Positions 57,412-64,000 of a stretch of 64,000 bases of DNA are shown here, piece by piece; position 1 is the first letter of the stretch, and every line of letters starts with the position of its first letter. Both the position numbers and the translations under genes were made by a program. Location of the stretch: NCBI GenBank assembly GCA_964631145.1, contig CAZVXT010000001.1, positions 393,237 through 457,236 of the forward strand, written 5' to 3'. The stretch comes from an uncultured Candidatus Saccharibacteria bacterium. Lineage in GTDB: Bacteria; Patescibacteriota; Doudnabacteria; UBA920. The notes beneath the pieces were generated by a model. That model worked only from the letters and a program-made list of their open reading frames with translations. It made no database searches and was not told the origin of the DNA.

Positions 57412-59193
57412 ATGAAGTATATTACAGCATCTGAGCTCCGTACAAAATGGCTCGAATTTTTTAAATCTAAAAACCACACAATAATTCCATCTAGTTCATT
57501 GGTTCCTGAAAACGATCCAACTGTACTTTTTACTATGGCTGGAATGTTCCCACTTGTTCCTTATTTAATGGGTCAAGAGCATCCAGGTGGTAATAGAATC
57601 GCAAATGTACAAAAATGTATACGCACAATAGACATTGATGATGTGGGTGATAATACTCACTTAACTTTCTTTGAAATGATGGGTAATTGGAGCTTCGGTG
57701 ATTATTTTAAAAAAGAAGCTATTGAATGGAGTTTTGAATTTTTAACATCTCCACAGTGGCTTGGTGTACCTTTGCAGCGTTTAGCCTTTTCTGTTTTTGC
57801 AGGAGATGAAGACGCGCCCTTTGATGAAGAAAGTTATGAACATTGGAAGCGCCTTGGTGTGCCAGAGTCTCGCATCGCAAAGTTGCCTAAAGAGGATAAT
57901 TGGTGGATTGCCGGAGAAACTGGACCATGTGGTCCAGATACAGAAATGTTTTTCTGGATCGATAGCAGTACTCCTGCGCCAGAAAGTTTTCAAGACACCA
58001 AAGATGATAAGCGCTGGGTAGAAATTTGGAATGATGTCTTTATGCAGTTTGAAAAGAAGTCTGATGGATCTCTTGTACCATTAGAAAAGCAAAACGTTGA
58101 TACTGGAATGGGATTGGATCGCGTAGTTGCTGTGTTAAATGGTCATAAGTCTGTTTATGATACAGAGTTTTTTACATCCATGTTTGAAGTTATTGGTAAA
58201 AGTCAGGAAGTTTTGTCTGGTGATGAAATTCGTAAAGCTCGTATTATTGTTGACCATATTCGCGCTAGTGTGTTTATTGCAGGTGATGGAGTTGAGCCGT
58301 CTAATAAAGAACGTGGATATATTTTACGCCGTTTAATTCGCCGTAGCAGTGTTTATGCTAAGCAGTTAAATTTGCACCCTACTTGGATGAAGGCTCTAAT
58401 CGGTAAAGTCATGGAAGAATATAATAGTAGTTACCCAGAGTTAGTCACAAATTCTGAAAAAATATTTTCAGCTTTAGAAGGAGAATTGGCAAAATTTGAA
58501 AAGACTTTAGAAAAAGGACTTAAAGAGTTTGAAAAGCTTTTTCAAAAGCAAAACAAAGTAACAGGAACTGATGCATTTAATTTGTATCAGACTTTTGGTT
58601 TTCCTCTAGAACTTACTGTAGAACTTGCTCAAAGTTTTGGACAAGATGTTGATAAAGAAGAGTTTGCTACAGAATTTAAGAAGCACCAGGATTTAAGCAG
58701 AACAGCCAGTAGCGGAACTTTTAAAGGAGGTTTAGCAGATCATTCCGAAATTGTAGTTAGGTATCATACTGCAACTCATTTGCTTCACAAGGCTTTGCGC
58801 GATGTATTAGGTACTGACGTTTGGCAAAAAGGAAGTAATATAAATGCAGAACGTACTCGTTTTGATTTTACATATCCTCAAAAAATGACTGATGATCAAA
58901 AAAAGCAAGTAGAAGATTTGGTTAATAAATGGATTGAGCTAGATGCTGATATGAAGCAAGAAATGATGCCTCTTGATAAAGCGCGCGAACTTGGTGCTAT
59001 TGGTTTGTTCGGTGAAAAATATGCTGATACTGTTTCTATTTACACTGCAACAGATAAAGATGGAAATGTTATTTCTAGAGAATTTTGCGGTGGTCCACAC
59101 GTTACTCATACTGGAGCTGTTGGTAAATTTAAAATTATAAAAGAAGAAGCTGTTTCTAGCGGCGTCCGCCGCATAAAAGCTGTTATTGAATAA
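57412..59193 (+). CDS. alaS: alanyl-tRNA synthetase, truncated form (catalytic and editing domains, no C-Ala domain)
   Basis: N-terminal class II core (FTMAGMFPLVPY...GNWSFGDYFK) and editing-site HxxxH/CxxxH (HTATHLLHKAL...CGGPHVTHTG). Ends about 270 aa short of canonical AlaRS. Confidence 0.9.
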   Translation: MKYITASELRTKWLEFFKSKNHTIIPSSSLVPENDPTVLFTMAGMFPLVPYLMGQEHPGGNRIANVQKCIRTIDIDDVGDNTHLTFFEMMGNWSFGDYFKKEAIEWSFEFLTSPQWLGVPLQRLAFSVFAGDEDAPFDEESYEHWKRLGVPESRIAKLPKEDNWWIAGETGPCGPDTEMFFWIDSSTPAPESFQDTKDDKRWVEIWNDVFMQFEKKSDGSLVPLEKQNVDTGMGLDRVVAVLNGHKSVYDTEFFTSMFEVIGKSQEVLSGDEIRKARIIVDHIRASVFIAGDGVEPSNKERGYILRRLIRRSSVYAKQLNLHPTWMKALIGKVMEEYNSSYPELVTNSEKIFSALEGELAKFEKTLEKGLKEFEKLFQKQNKVTGTDAFNLYQTFGFPLELTVELAQSFGQDVDKEEFATEFKKHQDLSRTASSGTFKGGLADHSEIVVRYHTATHLLHKALRDVLGTDVWQKGSNINAERTRFDFTYPQKMTDDQKKQVEDLVNKWIELDADMKQEMMPLDKARELGAIGLFGEKYADTVSIYTATDKDGNVISREFCGGPHVTHTGAVGKFKIIKEEAVSSGVRRIKAVIE

Positions 59194-59203
59194 AATATAA
59201 AAT

Positions 59204-59572
59204 ATGATATCCAAAATTGACCATATTGTAATATCAGTAAAAAATTTAAATAAAAGTATAAAATTTTATGAAAGTTTTTTGGGTAAAGCAAAGGTTGGTA
59301 AAGAAGATGCTTTTTGGAATTTTTCTGGTACTAAATTTTTTCTTACATACCCATATAAGAAGTCGGTACAAAAATTTGATAAAAGTAATTTAGGACTAAA
59401 TCATATTGCTTTTACTGTTCAATCTATAGCAGCTTTAAAGCGTTTAAAATCTAAATTAGATAAGGCAAAAATCCAAAATAGTGGAATTATAATAGATAAA
59501 TATTCTAATAAAGAATTTATATGGTTTGATGATCCCGATAAAATTCGTTTAGAATTTTATTTAAGAAATTAA
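59204..59572 (+). CDS. VOC-family (glyoxalase/bleomycin-resistance fold) protein
   Basis: Paired beta-alpha-beta-beta-beta modules IDHIVISVKNLNKSIKFY and LNHIAFTV. Confidence 0.65.
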   Translation: MISKIDHIVISVKNLNKSIKFYESFLGKAKVGKEDAFWNFSGTKFFLTYPYKKSVQKFDKSNLGLNHIAFTVQSIAALKRLKSKLDKAKIQNSGIIIDKYSNKEFIWFDDPDKIRLEFYLRN

Positions 59573-59590
59573 AAATCCAAAAAAACAAAA

Positions 59591-60760
59591 ATGCAAATAA
59601 AGTTTTATAATAGTCCAGAGCCTGAGGCGTTTAACTCGGAGTTGATAAGCGATGTTCCTAAGTTTGTTTCTTACAAGCCTGATTTTGTATTGCTTCAAAA
59701 ATACGCAGATAAATATAAAAACTATAAAAATTTTATAGTGATAGGTCACGGCGGTAGCGTTACTTCTTTTATGGCTATTTATCAAGCTTTGCAAAACAAA
59801 TTTACTAAACCTGTATATTTTTTAAGTACCATTGATCCGGTCAGAATAGAGGCAATAAAATCCATGACTAGTCCAGATCAAACTTTGGTCATTGCAATTA
59901 GTAAATCCGGAGAAACTGTTACTCAAATAGAAGCGCTATCTCAATTTTTAGATTATCCATTATTGGCAATTACTGGGGCAGTTGGCCCACTTGCTACTAT
60001 TGCAGAAAGATTAAATGCTGATATGATTATCCATCCTAACATTGGCGGGAGATTTACAGGTTTAACAGAAGTAGCGCTATTACCAAGTTTATTGTGCGGC
60101 TTTGATATTCAAAAAATTTATGAAGGTGGCAGCGAATTATATCAAAGTTTTGTAAATGAAAATGGCAGTTATAAATTATCAAGCGTTTTGTATAAGTTAG
60201 AAGAACAGGGGATAGTTGATGTTTTTTTGCCACTTTATTCTTCTAGTTTAACTGGCTTTGAGAATTTAATTGTTCAGTTGTGTCATGAAAGTTTTGGCAA
60301 GAATGGTCATGGGCAAACTTATTTTGCATTTGAAGCACCAGAAAGCCAGCATCATACAAACCAAAGGTTATTTGGTGGAAGAAAAAATCTTGCATTATGC
60401 GTTTTAAGTGTTAAAGAATTGGCTACTGATTTATCGGTAAGCTTTCCTGATTCGTTATTAGATATAAATCTAAAAGATAAAACTCTTGGAGAAGTGTTGC
60501 AAAATTCATTTCTAAATCAGGCAATGCATTTCGAGCGAGACGGTGTTATAGAAACTGCAAAAAGAGATAATCTTCCAGTTATAGATTTTCAAGTAGAAAA
60601 TTTAAACCCTAAATCCATTGGGCAGTTAATTGCGTTTTGGCAAATGTTTGCAGTTTATAGTTCTGTGCTGAGAGATGTTAATCCATATGATCAGCCGGAA
60701 GTGGAAGATAGTAAAAATTTAAGTTTTGCCAAAAGATTGGCTTCAAAAAATATTATTTAA
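59591..60760 (+). CDS. pgi: glucose-6-phosphate isomerase (short bacterial/archaeal-type PGI)
   Basis: SIS domain with ISKSGETVTQ and the PGI signature IGGRFTGLTEVALLP. Confidence 0.75.
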   Translation: MQIKFYNSPEPEAFNSELISDVPKFVSYKPDFVLLQKYADKYKNYKNFIVIGHGGSVTSFMAIYQALQNKFTKPVYFLSTIDPVRIEAIKSMTSPDQTLVIAISKSGETVTQIEALSQFLDYPLLAITGAVGPLATIAERLNADMIIHPNIGGRFTGLTEVALLPSLLCGFDIQKIYEGGSELYQSFVNENGSYKLSSVLYKLEEQGIVDVFLPLYSSSLTGFENLIVQLCHESFGKNGHGQTYFAFEAPESQHHTNQRLFGGRKNLALCVLSVKELATDLSVSFPDSLLDINLKDKTLGEVLQNSFLNQAMHFERDGVIETAKRDNLPVIDFQVENLNPKSIGQLIAFWQMFAVYSSVLRDVNPYDQPEVEDSKNLSFAKRLASKNII

Positions 60761-60833
60761 ACGGATTTTAAGTAACTTTGTCTACTTGCTTAAGACTTAA
60801 AAAACCCCTACAATAAGGGTACTTTTAAGCTAT

Positions 60834-62597
60834 ATGAATAAGACTTTATATCTAAATTTAGAGGACGATGTAAAAACAGTTGCTGCCAAAGTAAAGGCAC
60901 AGAAGGCAACAGATATTACTTTGGTGGTGCCAAAACAGAGTTATTTGTTTTCAGATAGTATTAATTTGCGTTTACTAAAGAAGCAGTTAGACTTATATAA
61001 AAAAAATATTGAGATTTTAACACTTGATCAAAAAGGTCAATTGTATGCTAAAGAAGCGGGTTTTGCGTTAAAGTTTTTACAGCATAGAAAGATGTCTATG
61101 GGCGTTAGTGATATCGCTGGAACTTCCAATATTCGTAAAGATTCGCCTGTTAATCCTGCTAAAGCAACCATTTCTAAGAAAATTTTAAAATCATCAAAAC
61201 TAGAAATATTAAAGAAACCACAACCTGTACCAAAAAAACAAATTTTAAATTCTAAAAAAGATGAACAGATATCTAGAACTCCTCAAATAGAAGTATCTAG
61301 GGTTTACAAGACTAAGAAAAATATTTCTGTACCGGTTGCAGGTCTACCTCAGTCAGGCTTAGTTGATTCTTCAAATTATAAGTCAAAGAATGCATCTTCT
61401 TTTGCTGATAATGTATTTATGACACCTAAAGATAATAGAGCACCCAAAGCAAAACGATCTTATGCTAAAGTGATTATTTCTTTATTAATTTTATCTTTCA
61501 TATCTGGAGCGGTTTTAAATTGGCTTGTTCTTCCTGGTGCTCAAATTGCCATATCTTCTCAAAGTTCTTTATTGTCACGCGATGTTGAAATTATTATTGA
61601 TAGTAATGCTAATAGCGTTGATAGTGCTAGGCTAACTTTGCCAGGTACAAAAATAGATCAAGTTAGTCCTCAAAACGCTGATCTTGAAGTTAATGGGAAA
61701 AAAGAAGTCGGAAGTAAAGCAGAGGGTAGAGTGGTGATTTATAATCTTACTGGTAGTAGCTTAAATTTGAAATCAGATACTACAACTTTATCCGTAGCGG
61801 AGAAAACATATACTTTTAAGTCTGATCAGCGCGGTGTTAAACCTGTTGCAAATGCTAATAATGATAATGGTGCAACTGTCGCCGATATTGTAGCAATAGG
61901 TAGCGGGGAAGGGTTTAATTTACCAGCTGGGACTAGAATAGAAATTACTAACAAATCTTTTGGTTCACAACCACAAAAATTATATGCCAAAGCCGTTACT
62001 CAGGTGGTTGGAGGTTCTTCAAGATTTATTTCTGTTATTAGCGGCGATGATATAGCGAAAATTAAAGAGAACATGGCAAAACAGGTAGTGGTTAGTGTTA
62101 ACCATAAATTATCTTCTCAAAAGCAATCATTAATTGATGGGTCTTATCAATTTGATGTAGTAGATTTTGCTACTAATCAAGCTGAAGGGTCTGAAGCTAT
62201 CAAATTTTCTGCAAGTGGCAATGTTCGAGTACAGGGCATAGCCTTTGATGAAGGTCTGCTAAAAGAAATGGTTAGATCTAGGCTTACTCAAACTTTGGGC
62301 CGAGATAAAGAATTACAAGATCTTGCTAAAGATAAAGCAACTTACAAAATCAAAAATATGGATTTGTCTACAGGTGTTGTGCAGCTATCGGTTCATTATG
62401 AGTCCAGGAGTTTGCCAATATTCGATACATCAGATATGTTTTTAAATATTTCTGGTAAAAGCAAGCAAGAAGCGATTGATATTTTGAGCGAAAATAAAGA
62501 TGTAAAAAAAGTGGATATTATTTTGACTCCTTCATGGCAATCAGATATTCCTAGGTTGCAGGATAAAACTAAGATAACCATCAATTACGAAGATTAA
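60834..62597 (+). CDS. hypothetical membrane-anchored protein (587 aa, single TM near residue 215)
   Basis: Cytoplasmic N-terminal domain, the TM VIISLLILSFISGAVLNWLVL, and a large beta-rich extracellular portion. Confidence 0.5.
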   Translation: MNKTLYLNLEDDVKTVAAKVKAQKATDITLVVPKQSYLFSDSINLRLLKKQLDLYKKNIEILTLDQKGQLYAKEAGFALKFLQHRKMSMGVSDIAGTSNIRKDSPVNPAKATISKKILKSSKLEILKKPQPVPKKQILNSKKDEQISRTPQIEVSRVYKTKKNISVPVAGLPQSGLVDSSNYKSKNASSFADNVFMTPKDNRAPKAKRSYAKVIISLLILSFISGAVLNWLVLPGAQIAISSQSSLLSRDVEIIIDSNANSVDSARLTLPGTKIDQVSPQNADLEVNGKKEVGSKAEGRVVIYNLTGSSLNLKSDTTTLSVAEKTYTFKSDQRGVKPVANANNDNGATVADIVAIGSGEGFNLPAGTRIEITNKSFGSQPQKLYAKAVTQVVGGSSRFISVISGDDIAKIKENMAKQVVVSVNHKLSSQKQSLIDGSYQFDVVDFATNQAEGSEAIKFSASGNVRVQGIAFDEGLLKEMVRSRLTQTLGRDKELQDLAKDKATYKIKNMDLSTGVVQLSVHYESRSLPIFDTSDMFLNISGKSKQEAIDILSENKDVKKVDIILTPSWQSDIPRLQDKTKITINYED

Positions 62598-62630
62598 AAA
62601 AAGTCTAGATTAATTTCTAGACTTTATTGT
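62596..62630. terminator. bidirectional rho-independent terminator
   Basis: aaaaaaagtctaga-ttaatt-tctagactttattg. Confidence 0.6.
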
Positions 62631-62631
62631 T

Positions 62632-63192
62632 TCAAGCAAATTTTTGCTCTAAAGTTTTGTAAGTAATTGGCTTTAAAATATTGGTTTCAATATTTACAAT
62701 CCAAGCACAACTGAGAGCTTTACTGTAAAACAATGGATCTTTTTGTGCTCGTATATATTTAGAGCTTGTATTTATATCCCAAAAGAAGTTTGTCGGTAAA
62801 AAGTGTAAATCTAAATTTTTCCAGTTTTTTGTTTCAAAACCAAAATCTTTTAAATATTCTATAGCCAAATAGGATTTTAATTTGGAACTAATCCCATAAT
62901 AACCTTCAATTTCTAAGCTACCCAATTTAATTGCAGTAATTAACGCATCATGGGTTAGAATAAAGCAATCAATATCATTAGGATAAGAATCTCCTCGTCC
63001 TAATGATCCAAATAATATAATCTCATAAGTTTTTGGTATATTTGATTTTAAATGAGCTAAAGTCCAATCTTTTAACTTATTTTGAATAATTATTTGCTCC
63101 CATTGTTGATTAAAGTCCCTTGCAAACTCATATAGTTCCTCTAAAGCGAATTTTCTTTCCATAATTTCCTCCAAAACATAAATTTTATACAT
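62632..63192 (-). CDS. minimal nucleotidyltransferase (Pol-beta superfamily) domain protein; alternative start at MERKF (63162)
   Basis: NTase motif ILFGSLGRGDSYPNDIDCFIL (hG[GS]x9-13 DhD). The C-terminal 100 aa are unassigned. Confidence 0.6.
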   Translation of the reverse strand: MYKIYVLEEIMERKFALEELYEFARDFNQQWEQIIIQNKLKDWTLAHLKSNIPKTYEIILFGSLGRGDSYPNDIDCFILTHDALITAIKLGSLEIEGYYGISSKLKSYLAIEYLKDFGFETKNWKNLDLHFLPTNFFWDINTSSKYIRAQKDPLFYSKALSCAWIVNIETNILKPITYKTLEQKFA

Positions 63193-63305
63193 TATGCCAG
63201 ATATTATGTTTTATGTCAATACAATTATTTGACAAAATTATCAAGCATTGTTAAAATAACTTTGAATAAAATCATTTATTTTCTAATTAGTTAGTTAGCA
63301 AGAAT

Positions 63306-63533
63306 TTGGGAAGTTCTGAACAAAATCAAACTATCGAACTCGAAGGTGTAGTAATCGAAAGCTTACCTAACACTGTTTTTCGTGTAGAATTGCAAGCTGG
63401 ACAAACCGTTTTAGGTCATTTGTCTGGTAAAATGCGGTTAAACCGAATTAGAGTTTTACCTGGTGACAAAGTTTTACTTGAAGTCACGCCCTATGATCTG
63501 TCTAAAGGACGAATCATACGCAGGTTAAAATAA
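63306..63533 (+). CDS. infA: translation initiation factor IF-1 (TTG start)
   Basis: S1-like OB fold: [60 protein letters not shown]. Confidence 0.9.
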   Translation: MGSSEQNQTIELEGVVIESLPNTVFRVELQAGQTVLGHLSGKMRLNRIRVLPGDKVLLEVTPYDLSKGRIIRRLK

Positions 63534-63622
63534 CAAGAGTTTGAATTCAGCCGGCAGATTGCTAAGGCTGTGGAAACTTAAAGTTTTCCTAAATTGTTGC
63601 TTGGCGCAACAAGGATATAATT

Positions 63623-63736
63623 ATGAAAGTTAGAGCAAGTGTAAAACCTATTTGCAAGAAGTGTAAAATCGTCAAGAGATTTGGTCGGGTCTTTGTGATT
63701 TGTGAAGTTCCAAAACATAAGCAACGTCAGGGTTAA
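63623..63736 (+). CDS. rpmJ: 50S ribosomal protein L36
   Basis: Hand translation gives [37 protein letters not shown], which carries the zinc-ribbon C-x2-C...C-x4-H pattern. Under 60 aa, so not in the ORF track. Confidence 0.9.
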   Translation: MKVRASVKPICKKCKIVKRFGRVFVICEVPKHKQRQG

Positions 63737-63790
63737 TTGACGGTGTTTTTTGTTGTTTATTAATTAAGTTTTAAAAGAATTTAAAGAATT

Positions 63791-64000
63791 ATGGCTAGAG
63801 TTGCAGGGGTGAATATCCCGAATGAAAAAAGAATTGAAGCTTCTCTTCGTTACATTTATGGAGTTGGATTGACCTTATCAAAAAAAGTTCTAGAAGCTAC
63901 TAAAGTTAATCCAGATACAAGAACAAAAGATTTAACTGAAGATGAACTTAATAAGATTCGCGAATATATCGACAAGAATCTAAAAACTGAAGGTAATCTT
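63791..64000 (+). CDS. rpsM: 30S ribosomal protein S13 (partial; continues past the window end)
   Basis: [60 protein letters not shown]. Confidence 0.9.
   Translation, partial: MARVAGVNIPNEKRIEASLRYIYGVGLTLSKKVLEATKVNPDTRTKDLTEDELNKIREYIDKNLKTEGNL

Noticed and set aside
62632-63192. HEPN-MNT toxin-antitoxin pair
   Set aside because: No Rx4-6H HEPN motif in the C-terminal extension and no adjacent small partner gene. The neighbours are a 587-aa membrane protein and infA.
1-64000. CRISPR arrays, transposases, integrases and prophage structural genes
   Set aside because: No regularly spaced direct repeats, no DDE/tyrosine recombinase motifs and no phage capsid or terminase-like ORFs were seen. 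The DUF360 holin-like gene is isolated between msrA and msrB with no lysis-cassette partners.

Overview
This 64-kb window is AT-rich and densely packed with short intergenic gaps and many 4-nt gene overlaps. It reads as a contiguous chromosomal segment of a low-GC bacterium with a reduced genome. I infer a CPR/Patescibacteria-like organism, because AlaRS and ThrRS are truncated, proteins are small, and sortase and secreted repeat proteins are abundant. Most genes are housekeeping: aspS (partial), a DEDDy exonuclease, lgt, recR, dnaB, cysS, a Kef-type antiporter, two tandem adenylate-kinase paralogs, map, a NUDIX hydrolase, thrS, dnaE, a SEDS FtsW/RodA, cdd, rmlA-rmlD-rmlB, several GT2/GT4 glycosyltransferases, a Wzx-like flippase, an O-antigen-ligase-like protein, an ECF sigma factor, msrA/msrB, ctpA, alaS, pgi and infA-rpmJ-rpsM (partial). 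There is also a cell-surface block: a sortase with a long N-terminal extension, a Cys-rich secreted protein, an N/Q-rich secreted protein, an S8 subtilase, a repeat protein and an SLT-like protein. I found no transposase, integrase, CRISPR array, rRNA or convincing tRNA. The most unusual loci are: (i) a ~1-kb ORF-free, hairpin-rich region between convergent genes, bounded by a bidirectional terminator and a near-consensus sigma70 promoter, which is a candidate large ncRNA; (ii) next to it, a 67-aa peptide with a C-terminal CNWCCGDGCKSC cluster; (iii) a ~720-bp ORF-free structured region at the window start; (iv) a four-gene operon of tiny proteins with strong SDs between dnaB and cysS; (v) a divergent pair of uncharacterised proteins, one of them Nudix-like; and (vi) a ~60-aa repeat module shared between the S8 protease and the next gene. 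All coordinates and calls were made by eye from the sequence without search tools.
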